A stretch of 64,000 nt of DNA from Octopus vulgaris. Its lineage: Eukaryota. The translations under genes were made by a program, and so were the position numbers. The notes under the pieces are model-generated. The model searched no databases. It saw nothing but the letters and a program-made list of their open reading frames with translations, and was not told the DNA's origin. How positions within the stretch are numbered: the first letter of the stretch is position 1; every line of letters starts with the position of its first letter. Positions 25,454 through 40,007 of this stretch are shown piece after piece. The stretch spans positions 52,390,001-52,454,000 of the forward strand of contig OX597821.1 in assembly GCA_951406725.2 (NCBI GenBank), read 5' to 3'.

Positions 25454-25852
25454 GAACTCATTAGAAATAGCAGCTAAAAAACTTTTTTAAAGCTATTTCT
25501 AATATAAAAAATCTCTCTCATATAGCGTTTGAATAATCACAAAAGTTTGTTGCAGATTAATCAAAATTAGTCAAAACAGCATTAACCTTGATACACTGAA
25601 TGCAAGAACATAAGCAAAACATCACAGCCCAAATAAGCAAGACAGCACGCGTGGGTTAAAATCATCAAACGCTATGCTTATTTCGGTAAAATCCGAAGCA
25701 ATAATTAGAGGGAGATTAATTATAATTTCAACAATTGAGGGTAAAATTAATTAATTATTAATCAATTTCACCAAGTGTTCAGTATGGAGATTTTCTTTAA
25801 GTATTAGAAATAGCTTTAAAAAAGTTTTTAGCTGCTATTTCTAATGAGTTCA
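25454..25852. repeat. Inverted repeat with arms of about 60-70 bp flanking about 260 bp
   Basis: tgaactcattagaaatagcagctaaaaaacttttttaaagctatttctaata at about 25454 is reverse-complemented at about 25802-25852. Confidence 0.8.
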
Positions 25853-26004
25853 TATGCAACCGATACCTTGGTAGCAAAAATCACAGCGACAGCACGGTTG
25901 GAGGTACAACCATATGTGTTGGTGCGGATAATTTAATTTTAATATTATTAGTGAATTGAAGAAATGGAGTTGAACGAAGATTGAACAGAAATCGTTTTAT
26001 TGCA

Positions 26005-26084
26005 TTCTACACGTGTTTCGAAAGCCACAATTTACCAAATTCCGATTGAATAAGGAGACCATATTGTGTCTTTCTCTTCAGGAA
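26005..26084 (-). ncRNA. Type I hammerhead with intact core (PLE-type, palindromic stem III)
   Basis: ttc-CTGAAGA-GAAAGaCACAAT...ATTGTGgCTTTC-GAAA-CACGTG-TA-gaa, followed by AATAAA. Stem I is only 3 bp. Confidence 0.7.
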
Positions 26085-26886
26085 GAAATATATATATATA
26101 TATATATATATATACATGGGGGGATGTGTGTGTGTCTGTCTATCTGTCTGTCCATAGCAAAAGAGGCTGTAGCATCGATATAAAAGCTAAAAGGTAATTT
26201 TTGTGTAGAACTTTACGCCAAAGACAATGGAAATGGTACCGAGTCTCTAACTGCCCTCTTAAGCGAACTACGGGCCATTTTCTTACATGTTAGACATACG
26301 TAGACATACCTAAGTTCCAAAATAAATGAACGAAAGTACAAATAGCTTTTCTTGCACGAATATAGTATGACGTTGAAAGTGGTCGTGAGAAAGAGCAATC
26401 GTGGCACCAAAGAACATTACTGTAAATAATTTAAATGAAAGACTAGAGAAAGTTTTACCAGGAAATTAAAAAAAAAATTATAAACGCTGTTGTTGAGGAC
26501 TCGGGACTTGTCAATTAGCCGGTTCAGTTTTTAAACTCACTGGAGCAACAGTGTGTGTAAGCTACCAGTACAGATACATATGTGCACATATGCGTGCACA
26601 TATGTGCGTATATGTGTATATGAATGTATGGATCCATATGCAGGTATATCTATGTATGTGAATATATTTATGTGGTAATCGAGCATGTATGTAGATGTGA
26701 ACAAGTGTTTATTATTATTAGATCTCCCTCTATATATGTATGGATTTATATATATATGTATATATGCATGTGTATGTATGTATATATATATATGTGCTTG
26801 TCTGTATATGCAGTTATGTATGCGTATATGCATATGTGTGTGTCTATGTATGTGTGTTCATATATATAAATATATACTTATATATG

Positions 26887-26925
<39 letters not shown>

Positions 26926-27167
26926 GTATGCCTGTGTATATACATGTACGTGTGCCAGTAAATGTACGCGTATGCGCATATGTATGCATATGCGTGTATA
27001 TAAGTATGCATATGTATATATGTGCATATGTGTGTGCGGACACTAATATGTGCATATTTATGTATGTATATGTACGTACATTCATATATGCTGTTCAAAA
27101 TCAATATGTGACCATTTACTTAATTATCTAATCAATTATTCATGTAATTTATGTTTACGTACATGAG

Positions 27168-27455
<288 letters not shown>

Positions 27456-28047
27456 TCATGAGCTTATTTGTATATTCTCCAATTCATTTTTTCATAGCAA
27501 CTTAAATAAATTAATAACTTCTGAGCATACACACTGCACAACATTATAAGTCTAACTGTTATTTTATTAGTATTTAATTACTTTCTTTTTGATTGCATCG
27601 GTAGCCAAATTTACGTAGAGTATTTGATTATTATTTAATATTTATTTAATTACCTTTATCTGTATTACATTGACAACTTTATGCTGATTTATATATATAT
27701 ATATAAATATATTCATACAGGAAAAAAAAAATCTTGCACGATTCTCCCCCCTTGCATATCTTTCAAACTTAAAAGCGGAAATAACACATAGTTATTATTC
27801 AGGCATAATAATTTCAATGAAACGTTATACTTATTTAACTTCCCTATAAACGCTAAAGGGTTTGAATAAATACTTTAAATTCCGCTAACTAATCGAATTT
27901 AACTAATAAAAAGTGATTCAAGTCACTTTCTTCTTAGGGGTCTTGAATGTTAAAATTTGTAAACATATTTACGCGTGTGTGTAGGTATGTGTATATTCGT
28001 ATGTATATATGTTTATATGTATACGTATATATATATGTGTTATGCAT

Positions 28048-28090
<43 letters not shown>

Positions 28091-28520
28091 TTATGCATAT
28101 ATATATATATATGTGCGTGTATATATATATATATGATGATATATATGTATGCACGTGAAAATACATAATAATGGTATAAAGGTGAATGTCCCCGTGTATG
28201 TATATATATATTATTGTTTGAACGTGTGTAGGTCTGTATGCGTATAATTTTATATAGATAAACATTCTCAACATTATGCGCAACTTACAAATGCAATTTT
28301 CTTCTTCACCTCATTCATATTGTAGTTTATTTACATTTTAACTTAACCTATTATCTTTACTCACTCATTCTTTATTACTCTAATTCTATTTACATTCTCT
28401 ATTTTACCCACAAAAAAGCTGTAACTCTCTCGCCCAGACACAATCAAATACAAATCATAAACAGTTTGCGGCGATGACTCTATAAACAAGCACACAAAAT
28501 ATCTAAGGTTATATATTTTT

Positions 28521-28601
28521 TCTTCTGTGGAGATTATGCTCAGAAATATGATTTTAAAATTTAATGGATTTCTTTATGTATAACTGAAACAGCTGTAAGG
28601 G
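28521..28601 (+). ncRNA. Degenerate hammerhead-like motif
   Basis: tctt-CTGTGGA-gattatgc...gtataact-GAAA-CAGCTG-TA-aggg, with aataaa downstream. Confidence 0.4.
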
Positions 28602-28818
28602 ATAATGATCGATTTGTTGCTGATAATAAACTCTTATTAACTTCAATATCTCAATTTTCCTTTCTCCATATACATAAACATAAACTAAGGCTTATATACA
28701 ACCCTATTATTTTAAGGTTATCAATTTCCACCCAAATATTAGGTATCCAACCAGGATTTCCTTGGATAACATAATTCCTTCATGAGAATAACATAATATC
28801 TCAGTGAATTCTACAATA

Positions 28819-28943
<125 letters not shown>

Positions 28944-28959
28944 CCTATATATGTATTGA

Positions 28960-29435
28960 AACCATGATGGTCCCCTGGAGCACATTCGTCGTCAGCCGCC
29001 TAGAATACTGCTCCCAGCTATGGTCACCCAACAGTGTAAAATTAACAGCGGACCTTGAAGCAATCCAGTGAAGCTTCACAAAGAAGATCGTTTCTTTGCA
29101 ACAGCTCAACTACTGAAAAAGGCTGAAAGAGGTAAGACTCTACTCCCTCGAGCCAAGGTGGGAGAGGTATGCAGTAATATACATCTGGAAGTAACTGTGT
29201 CAAATTTTGGTATTGAAGGTTACACCAATGCCAGAACAGGTCGACACTGCACAGTGCCAAAGATCCCAGAAATGCCATCGCACTTCAGGAACAGTTACTG
29301 CAACAGCCTGGGTTTTAGGACCCCACAGCTTTTTAATATTCTCCCAAAGAGCCTGAGGAACCTGCACAAAGTACATGTAGGTGTTTTAAGATCAAGGCTG
29401 AGCCTCCTCCTGTCGATAGTCCCAGATGAAATACC
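28960..29435 (+). mobile_element. Decayed CR1-clade LINE 3' fragment
   Basis: LEYCSQLWSP, then YSL..RWERYAVIYIWK (shifted frame), then GRHCTVPKIP..CNSLGFRTPQLFNILPKSLRN..LLSIVPDE. Homologous to the C-terminus of the 40-42 kb LINE but a different family. Confidence 0.7.
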
Positions 29436-31309
29436 CAGTCCAAGAGGACTATTGGCGACAGAAGGCTACCATATTCACCCGAGGCCCACAACTGCCAGTT
29501 TTGTTTCCGCAAAAACTGCATATCTTCCGACAAACCGCTGTATCTGTGAACAAGAAATACGATTTAGCGTATTGCTGTCACCAGAGATATCACCTTCTGG
29601 CAAATTTCAGGCCTCTCACTGCCAAGAACCCGGATATACCACATTATCACCAGCTGCTACTCTGCACTGCCTGCACCAAGGTCATCGCTACCAACCAACC
29701 TCACGAGCAGGACTGCCATTTACTAATCCCCAACGCTTACCAACCCCCAATGCATACCCACCTCCAACACTTACCAATTCCCAATGCTCGTTTTGCGTTT
29801 TGCATATTTGTGCAAGCGCCTGTGGGAATGCACATGTGCACGCGCACACTAGTATGTTCGCGTACATGCATGCGAACATATATATGTACATATGAAAACG
29901 CATGTTCGTGTGTATGGGTATATGTGAGTGTATGTGTGCCTATGCGTGGGTATATATGCGTGTGCGCCCGTGTGTGTTCGTCCAAGCGCGCGCGTGTCTG
30001 TCTGTGTGTGTATATATGTGCAGACGTCCGCATGCGTGCCCATGTACAAATGTGCACCCTCATATCAATATAAACATCCACGCAAAACCATATGAGCGCG
30101 TCTGCACACTCACATATATACTTGTACATGGCACTTCCTACCGTTACATTCAAAATAATCACTACTTCAGTGGCAATTAGATGACGTTTGGCAACCGTGG
30201 CCTTGTATATGTTTGAAATTATAACAATATTGTATCATTGGACTGCTTTTCTCTTTGTTTATCAGCTATTATATGTACTTTAAAAGGGACGTGATATTTT
30301 ACATGATTGTGAATGTAAACGAACGTGTACGCTGTGCATATCAAATAACATTATTTTAGGTTAACTCTATGTACGATTTTGCCGTTTTATCTCCCGACCC
30401 TACTTTTCAACTGCATTTTGTTTATTTCTCTAAGCATTATATATCGTATTTGGACAATTCCATTCCCACTGGGGGATTTTTGAAGAGTGTTTATAGATAT
30501 GAGCGTTATTTTTAGACTTGCGTTGTGGTTAGAGATTTATAATTGCGCACCTCACTATAGTTCGCCCTAATAGACTTTCTGTTGCAGATTATGTGATATC
30601 TAAGTATCTTTGTATACGATATACGAGCATACATATTCAGGGTTCTGCCAATACGCCTCGGATAATAAAATACAGTACAAATAATATTAGCAGACTTATA
30701 TGTAGCGTAACATCGAACAGAGAAATATCGATATTGTAGCTCCTTGCTACAATAGTGTCTTAACTAGAAGTATTTTCGGTATCTCAGATTTTTTTCAGTC
30801 AAGGCGTTTAGGAATATTAATTTGTGTCCTGTTGAGTTTTTGTTTATATATATCCACTCTCTCATAACACATACACACTCACTCACACGCACACAAATGT
30901 ACTCACATGCACGAGCACAAACACAAACACACACACATACGCACACATCTGCACACGTGTTCACACACCCCACACATACATACATTGATATTCTACACAC
31001 ATGCACGCACTCTACACACATGCACACGTACACACACAGGCAGTCCCTCACATGTAAATATATATATATATGTGTGTGTGAGTGTGTGTGTATGTGTGTG
31101 TGTATGTGTACATATACAGTATGATTGAAAAGTAACACACCATATTAAAATACTTATAATTTATTTATCATCTATAATTTTCTTCCCAAATTTGTGTATG
31201 TTCTTTAACGTATGGGAATTGATTCTATGTTGTATTCACCCCCCCCTCCCGATTGATTATGTCTGAAATTTAGACGCCCTACATACATGGTCTGATCTCT
31301 TTAAAACTA

Positions 31310-32018
31310 TTCTCTGGAGTGATGAAGCGGTATTTTACATCGGTTTGTGAACCGTCACAACTGCGACTACTGGGCAGCAGAACGTCCTCGTATTAACTCT
31401 GAAGAAAATGCAGAATTGGCCCAAGGTAACGGTAGTGTGTGGAATGACTTCGGACAGGATTGTGAGGCCTTTCATTCTTTGCAATACCATGAATGCTGAA
31501 AAAGTACCTCACCTTGCTGCAAAATGAAATCTGGACAGTTATCGGAACTTGGGAAAATATTGAAGACTTGATTTTTATGCAAAATGGCGCTCCTCCAGAT
31601 TTTGCTATTGGTGTTCATGAATGGCTGAATGCCCCCGATTGCCTGGGAGATGAATGGGTCGTCGAGGCCCCATTGCTGGGGGGGGGGGGCAGAAGCCTTA
31701 ATTTAATACCCCGTGACTTTTTAGGTCGGGTTGGTTAAAGGAGCAAGTCTACTCTACCAACCAACGACTTTGGAAGAACTTGAAGGGCAAATAGGAGAAG
31801 TAATGTTTTTAATCCCTCAAGAGATCTTGATGAAATTACTTGATGCAGTTCCTGGGCGGCTTGAGAAGCTGGTGGCAAATTCAGGTACCTGCATCGACTT
31901 TTGAATAAAACTCCATGCTATATGCTTTCTTCAAATATTCATTTTTTCTAGAAAATTATAGTTAATAAAAAAATCATAAGTATTTGAAAATAGCGAGTTA
32001 CTTTTCAAACACCTTGTA
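31310..32018 (+). mobile_element. Decayed Tc1/mariner-superfamily transposase fossil
   Basis: WSDEAVF..VNRHNCDYWA..PKVTV.CG..YLTLLQNEIW..FMQNGAPPDFA..VHEWLN..SLNLIPRDF. 3' end caaacaccttgTA resembles a TIR plus TA. Confidence 0.75.
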
Positions 32019-32113
32019 TTTATCTATTTCTATATTAACTCACACGTTTATACATATGTATGTAAACATATGTATATATGTATATGCATGTATATACACA
32101 CACACGCACGCAC

Positions 32114-32145
<32 letters not shown>

Positions 32146-34639
32146 CAAACAAAATTTATTTGTTAGGTTTAAAAGTTGTATTTAAGCAATTTAATATATG
32201 CATATTTTTATTTATTGTAAATTTTAAGTTAAATTCTTTGTGATAATTAGACTCATTTTAAGCTTGTCCTTGACATTTCAGTTCATATCTCGGAGCAGAA
32301 AAGAATCGGTTATACAAATTCATCTTTTGGTATATTGTCGCTTATTTTTCAATGTTCCTAATCTCTACTCTGTCTTAGCTATCAATTGATACATCGAAAA
32401 GTCCACGTACTTGCACGTATGTGTACATATATGTACATATGCGTATATATCATCATATAGAATGTAAATACTGGCATACATTTCGAAATCCACGAATAAA
32501 ATTTCAGTAAAAAGGAACATGATAATAATATTAAAGGAAAATAATTAATTTCATTAAGTATTATCATACAACTGAATGAAATCTCATTGAATTGATAGAA
32601 ATTATTGTACTTGGCAGTTTGCTCATGAAGAGCAGCTTACCTTTAGGAAATTCTTCGAACTATCGTGTTAACCAGTTCTATTTTCTATTTCTAAAGTAAG
32701 AAGTAAACGAAATAGATTCTTCTCATAATATATAATTAAAACAACGGTCAATTGCAGAGAGGATATATGTCTGCACACATACTCTAACGCACGCACGCAC
32801 GCACACAAACACACATGCACGCGCGATCGCGAAAATATGCAGCATTATATTTCACTGTTCTCCTTTCTTTTTCACTCTGTCTTCCACCCACAAGTACATA
32901 TGGGTGTTTGTGTGTGTGTGTTTGTGTGCTCGCGTGTGTGTTTGTATGTTTGTGTGCATGTGGGTGTTGTGTGTGTGATTGTGTGTGTGCTCGTACGTCT
33001 GTGTGTATGTGTGTGTGTGCCTGCGTGTGTGCTGTGTACGTATTTTGATGATGTAAACGCGTATACGTACGTGTTTATATCTCTTGCCAACACACACTGT
33101 TCATACTTAGGTGCTTACAGGCATTCAATCATACATAATCGTTTTCGCTGTATTCACTAAGATTTCAAAAGATTTGCGACGAAGTGCGAAGAGAGTGTTT
33201 ATAGCTCTAGCTGAAAACATCTGTTTCCGGGTATATTTCACAGTATTTCTTCGGGCATCTTTCTTGGAAATGAAAAATTAGTTTTTGAAGCAGAAGGGTG
33301 TGCGATGCCAAATGCATTTGCGTCGTTTTGTGAAGTGCAACTTACTCAAAACTTGATGGGAGGGATCTGGGCTGGCGAAATTTTCTAAGCTAATGACCGT
33401 AGTATATACAGCGATATGTGTGTCCGCGAGATTTTCCTTATTAATGATCTGGTTCTAGTACCCATTCTCTGTTGGATATCTAGGAAGCGTGAATTGATCT
33501 TACAGAGTGTAAATCTCCAGGATATGAACCTCTAGTATTCCCGATCGTGAATCAACCTCTAAGTAGGGATAAGTTAACGGAGTTAGGGATAAGTTAACGT
33601 TCACACACACACACACACAAACTTAGATGTACATAAGTTTACAGAACACAGATATATTTCATCTATATAAATTATTCAGTACTGGATCATCGTCCGTCGA
33701 CTATTATCCTTACTCCTCAGTTACGGTCAATACTCGAATATTGTATAAAGAATATTGAGTAGTAGAAGCGGGAAAATTGAGACAAGGAATAGTATATAAT
33801 TCTTCTAAAATATCTATATAATTATTTCCACAATGATTTCTCGTCTCTTTATTCATCACTCGATCATCTGTATTTCAGAGATGAAAGATAGAAACCTAAT
33901 TTGCTATTTCGAATGAAAAGATAATCCTGAGAAGACGTATAAATCGACATGTAAGAAGTTTATCATTTTAAGTTATGCTTTATATTACATTAACATTCCT
34001 TCCTTAACAGCAACTTAAAAGTAACCGGATTTAGATTGGCTGTCTAGTTGGTTTGCAACCGTTTTCTTTTTTTAAATATGGCTTTCAGATAATTCTCTGG
34101 AATCTTCAGATTTTGTATTTAATTCACGACTACTAATTTTAATTACATGAAAGGTTTCTTAATTTGGCTATTGAAGATATTACAATCAGATTTAAATCTC
34201 TGAGCGAGAAATATGTAGTACCATTACCAAACAGTAAAGTCTAATTTGCCAATACAATCTGGCAGGAGGACATTACTACTTTTTATCCCCAGATGTTTTC
34301 CTGAGGCTAAAAGGTAATAAAATCGTCTTCTGTGGGACTTCCACATTGTGATGGCAAATAGACTTTACAATCAACCTGTATCAACTACAAAAGAGTCTTA
34401 TTTCACATTCTAGTGGTTTGATATATTTATAGTTATAGTCCAGGTGGACTTTTAAGAGATATGGGTAATATATTTCTCAGTAATTATGGTCCCACTGCCT
34501 ACATGTCGAGCAACTCAAACCTCTGCACGAATAATTTCAAGTACAACCATTCTTTTCAATCACTGTAGTTGGAAATATCACCTTACTGTACGTTAAGATT
34601 TACCCATTGATATTTTGTAATTGTTTAAAATAAATTTAA

Positions 34640-35275
34640 GACAGGATAATGAACTTTTGGTACATACATTTTAATGTAAATTAACAATCTAATATAGTGA
34701 TTACGTATAAAAATGACCACCTTTCGCATTGATCACAGCCTGCAAACGAGTGGTCACTGAGTTGCATGAGCGCCGTAGTATCTCTTCAACCATTTGACCC
34801 AATGAAGACAGAAGAACATTCTTCAGATCTGAAATATTTGAATACGATCGAGCAGAAGCATTACCCTCTAAGATGGACTAAATAACAAAGTACATGGGAA
34901 TGATGTCTGGTCTTGAGAGAGGTCGTACCGTTTTGTCTCCAAAACCGCCGAAATGCATTTTTCATCACGTCTGTGTTAAATTGGATGTGTGGGCCGGAGT
35001 CTCGTCTTGTGCGAAGAGGTAACGATCACCAAAGGTTTCTATGACTAGGGCAACACTTTCTCATTCAACATTTCCACATAAATTTCACCGTTGACCTTGA
35101 CACCTGCATCAATAAAGATCAAGAAAGACTTGGACATATCAAATGCAACTGCGGCCCACGTCACGACTGAAGCTGGCTTCTGGCGGCGTAAATGACTCCT
35201 GCTATCTACGATCAAGTCTCCTGTATTACGTGCATAAAGCCTGTCATTGTGCCTTGTTGGTAACTGCATCCTCGG
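34640..35275 (-). mobile_element. Decayed Tc1/mariner-superfamily (maT-like) transposase fossil
   Basis: HNDRLYA..RRQKPASVVTWAAV..KSFLIFIDAGVKVNGEIY..L...FAQDETPAHTS...RLQAVINAKGGHF. Confidence 0.75.
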
Positions 35276-35409
35276 TTAAGTCGAAATTAAACGTACGGAA
35301 TAAGATCGAAGTTATCAACATCTGGGCGCTTTCACTCCTTTGATATGGAGCAAGGGTAATCGCATGACAGTAGACGAACTAAACAGCTTAGACAGAACAC
35401 AAGGAAGTT

Positions 35410-35790
35410 GTCATATGGGCCGCATATCTTTCGTATCTTTGCGGAGAGACCTTTCACATAGGGTAGACAGACTGTGGACCGTTTATTGGCTTCATCCTCT
35501 CTTTGCTTCATAATTGGAGTGGATAGTATGTTTTTAGGCTAGTTGTTCCTTAATAAATTTTTATTGAGCTTGAACATTATATTCTTACTTATAATCTTAT
35601 ATTCTTTGCACGATATTTCAGGCATTGAGCAATCCCTCTTTCTACACTGTATGGATGGTGGGAATTGAAGTTGAGGTATCCTCCATTGAAGGTCAGCTTC
35701 CGGTATACGGATGTCCTGAATACATACTTGGTGTGTGTTATTAATACAAACAAGATGAGGACAAATATCCGTCAAAGGTAAATAATGTAA
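35410..35790 (-). mobile_element. Penelope-like RT thumb fragment with inverted pLTR piece
   Basis: FRTSVYRKLTFNGGYLNFNSHHPYSVERGIAQCLKYRAK...TVCLPYVKGLSAKIRKICGPY. The adjacent + strand aaacaagatgaggacaaatatccg also occurs at 14713-14736. Confidence 0.75.
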
Positions 35791-35930
35791 AAACGTACAC
35801 CAATACCTGTTGTGAAGCTGTGGTGGAAGAACAAGTACGGGCTTAAAGACACACAAATACACAGCAAGCGCGCACACTCACACACACAGAAAGAAATGCA
35901 CACACACATACACAAACATACACATACATG

Positions 35931-35965
<35 letters not shown>

Positions 35966-36365
35966 CTTCGCTATTATGTTAAACTATATATATATATATA
36001 TATATATATGTGTATATATATATTTGCTATTATGTTAAACTTTCGTATGTCCAAATGCGTTTCTGTTTTTCAATATTTTATTTTGCTTGCAAAACCTGTT
36101 TATTGTTCAAGCTATCGTATATCCAGCTGCTTCAGATACCAAGATATGGGAATTGAAAAAAGTGTAGAACAACAGTTTAGCATTTTTCAAAAGTGTAGTA
36201 AGTCTCACATACCGCAGTTTTCCAAAAATATTTCTGATTGAAAATATCATACATTCATAGACTTACGACTTTATGCACCCAATAAAGTAATATTGTTAAG
36301 CTGAATCTGAGGGTAATGTAAAAAGAAATGGAATGATGAAAATATTTTTATATATATATACACAT

Positions 36366-36521
36366 AAGGCGGATTTCTTTCAGATACCGTCTACACAATC
36401 CACTCATAAGGCTTTGGTTGGCCCGAGGCTATAGTAGAAGACGCCCAATGTGCAACGCAGTGGGACTGAACTCGGAACCATGCAGTTGGAGAAACTAGCT
36501 TCGTACCTCACGGTCACGCCT
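36366..36521 (-). mobile_element. tRNA-derived SINE fragment
   Basis: ggcgtgaccgtg...ggttccgagttcagtcccactgcg..ctactatagcctcgggccaaccaaagcctt. A related copy lies at about 12120-12180. Confidence 0.6.
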
Positions 36522-36855
36522 ATATAACACAAACTGTAAAGGAACGTGCAACTTGTGAGTGAATCATTTGTAATTGTAGCGTGTATACAAGAGCGAAATT
36601 TTAATGATCATGCCTATAAGGCGGTGAGTTGGGTAAGAATAGAGAAGCATAAACCAAGAGATAAAAATGTTTGAGCGACAGATTAAGGACAACGAGTAAC
36701 AGACACCAGAGTTAGTAAAACTTGAACTGGATAAAGCTCCTTTGGTGGTGACGTAAAGATTGAGATGTTTTGCAGGTATACTGAATGTTTTAGTTATGCA
36801 TGATAGGTACGCGTTGCCATTGTTGTAATGCATGCAGCAAAATCACTATAAAATA

Positions 36856-36936
<81 letters not shown>

Positions 36937-37049
36937 CTAACACTAGCTTTAAAAATTATTTGACTAAATCTAACGAAATGACTCACATTAGAACTTTGCA
37001 TTGAAATTAAGAAAGCTTTAACTACAAAACGCTCACAACAAAAACATAT

Positions 37050-37422
37050 AAACAAGAACACTCAAACAGCGCAAACCTCCGCCAAGGTAACACCAACGGC
37101 CTCTCAATCATTAGCCAGAGATAATTTTCAAAATGACAATATTTGAAATAAACTCGACGGCCCTAACAAGGAGAATACTAGCAATGAGCCCGACCACACT
37201 CAAAAATTAAGTAGAAACAGAGGAAAAATAATCCGGAATCGTTGCCCGGTATCAAATCGATCCCAATATCTAATCAGTTTGTGCCAGTCACGAGGCCAAA
37301 CATTCCTGAAAGTTTCATCGAATAGATCCAGCTGCTCTTGAGATATCTTGTCCACGGACAAACAAACAAACACCCAATAAAAAACAGTACCTCCGCCTTC
37401 GCTGAAGACGCAGAAGTAATAA
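37050..37422 (-). mobile_element. Non-autonomous Helentron-like (HINE/DINE-1-type) element
   Basis: Motif acctccgcc near both ends (about 37076 and 37389). One end has an imperfect palindrome acctccgccttcgctgaagacgcagaagt. Internal (GTTT)n. Inserted in T/A runs. Confidence 0.55.
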
Positions 37423-38545
37423 AGAAATGCATCAAATATAGACATCCTCTCGTCCGCAACCTATCGGAAACATTTCTGGCTTTGCCATGTAGTCTGTATC
37501 AGTTAATCTGGCGGTGTAATAGCGTCAAAGATATAAATACTACTAGGAAATAACAGACATTAGGGAACGGTGGAATATTAGTTTAATATGTTGAGTTGAC
37601 ACCTGCTTAAGGTTACAAAGTACAAAAATGAACGAACAAAGCGTTACCAAACATACTTCACAAACCGTCATAAAGCTTCGGCTATTAGACACACAACTTA
37701 AATAAACGAAAGGGAATAAACTTAAACGGATATTGCAGCATAAACAACTCTGAGACTTGATCTATAAAACATAAAAACAAATTAGATGTACTAAGCTGAT
37801 AATACTAAGTATAAAGCCTAATAAAATTTGCCAAACACATAACAAAATTAAATACAGAAAACTATAACCAAAACTTTCATTCAAAAACAAACAAAACCAA
37901 ACAGAAACAAAAATGATATTAAGCGAATGCGCTCTCAGAGAACTGTAGCTATTAAACATGTAAATTAAATTACCAAAACGGTCATTTTCACTTAAAGAAT
38001 TATAAAATGTATATAAAGGCACCTAAATATTCCGAAACAGTTTATCACGCAAGTAACAACAAATTTCCACGTGCTACCACGCGTTTGAAATGAGACTAAG
38101 TTGCGCCTGACAGCATGTTTAAACAAGTTTGTTGAATAAGCAGTTAGTGAAAATGGATTTCATTCTAGATTCGACTCAACATTGAGTATTGAATTGCTTC
38201 ATCAATAATTTCTCAAAGCATCCTTAAAAAACAAAAACTAAATTTGCACTCACACTTGCACATAGAAATATACACATACACACATACATATATATACACA
38301 TATATATATGTATGTGTGTGAGGCTGTGTGTATGTGTGTATAGTATGAAAGTGTGTGTAGTATGTATGTGTGTATTTATATATGTATGTGTATATATATT
38401 TGGGTAACCGATATGCACAGTAAGGAATCTTTTTTCATCAAGATATGTAGACGAAAAATATTTCAAAAATAGTTGATATTCCCACCGGCGTACAAATGAG
38501 AATTCTAATTTTCCACTAAGGGTTACTAAGTATATGCGATTGAGC

Positions 38546-38588
<43 letters not shown>

Positions 38589-38626
38589 CGATAGAGAAAG
38601 AAAGAGAGAGACGAAGTGAGAGACGA

Positions 38627-38674
<48 letters not shown>

Positions 38675-39938
38675 AAAGGAAGAGGAATTGTTGAAAGATA
38701 GCTGAAATTCAGTGAAAAAGGTATTTTATAAGTATGAAATTATCTTAGGAAAGAAGTGTTTTATATTTTTCTTCCTAACATATTTACTATGCAAGTAAAG
38801 AAAATGTTTTCCAAAGAGTTTGGAGGTCGTAGGTGGCCGAGCGAGTAGAACATACGTTTCGGTTATTTTTATTGACTTCAAATCATATCAAAGCTAAAAG
38901 TGGCTTTCATTCATCCTGGAGCAATAAATAAAGCACATGCGCAGCAGTGTCTTTCAAGTCACATGTTTTCAGGTTCGGCACCACTGCGAGGCTCCTTGTG
39001 AGAAAACTGAAAGAAGTACATCGTATCTATGTAATATGTGTATTTCTTTGAGCTTGACTTCCACCACTGCTCGGTAACCGAGTTCGTTTTTCTGTTCCGT
39101 TGAAGTTTTCAAATTTGTGTCCTTACGTGATTGCAGTCCAGTGACTGAAACAAATAAAAGGTACATAATAATGGTACCAGTGATGAACTCGGGCTTGATT
39201 CATCTCTTTCCCTCGGAATCCATAGTGCATTCGTTTGTTTCCCCAGAATTCGAATAAACTTAATTGGTTAGCGAGCAATCTTCCCTCATAGAAAGACTGT
39301 GACAGTAGTAGAACAATCCAAGAAAGGACCGCTGTGTATAATAACATAGAATATTAATAGAGAGAGAATAAATAGAAATCCAATTCTCCACATAGTGATG
39401 TATGTGCTACAATGCTCACGAAAATTTGGAACAAAGGACATGGCGTGGAAGTTAATGGATAAACATTAATTATAAGCATTAGAAATACGATAAGGATATT
39501 TAACAGTGCATGAAATGTACGCTTCAACAGTTTAATTTGATTTACTCTGTGAGTATATGTGTACATGCAATATACCTATTGGTTAGATATATATTATTGC
39601 ATTTACATTCATCTTTATGTATAACATATGTATTCAGTAGTTTGAAATTTGAATTATGTTCACTTTGCACACTGTCTGGTACTTCATGATAACAACTGTG
39701 TATGTGGGTGTGTATAAATGCACACATACTCACATAAATATTTAAACAGACACGCACATATATAAACACACATATACACATAATTATTTAAACAAACACA
39801 CATATAAACACACATATGTATATATATATATATATATATTAATATATTCAATATGTTTATATATACATATATTTATATATATGTCTCAATATATTCAATA
39901 TGTATATATGTATATATATATGTGTGTATATATATATT

Positions 39939-39981
<43 letters not shown>

Positions 39982-40007
39982 AGTGTATATATATATATAT
40001 ATATATA

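Noticed and set aside
29435-30073. Remainder of the 275-aa and 215-aa ORFs
   Set aside because: Only the CR1-derived part is recognisable; the rest is low-complexity with no splice or domain support.
33213-33256. Minus-strand CCGAAGA...GAAACAGATGTT motif
   Set aside because: Stems I and II do not pair; at most a very old relic.
39983-40007. ORF start MYIYIYIY of the 734-aa RT ORF
   Set aside because: A GTG start inside the flanking microsatellite; the element is 5'-truncated.
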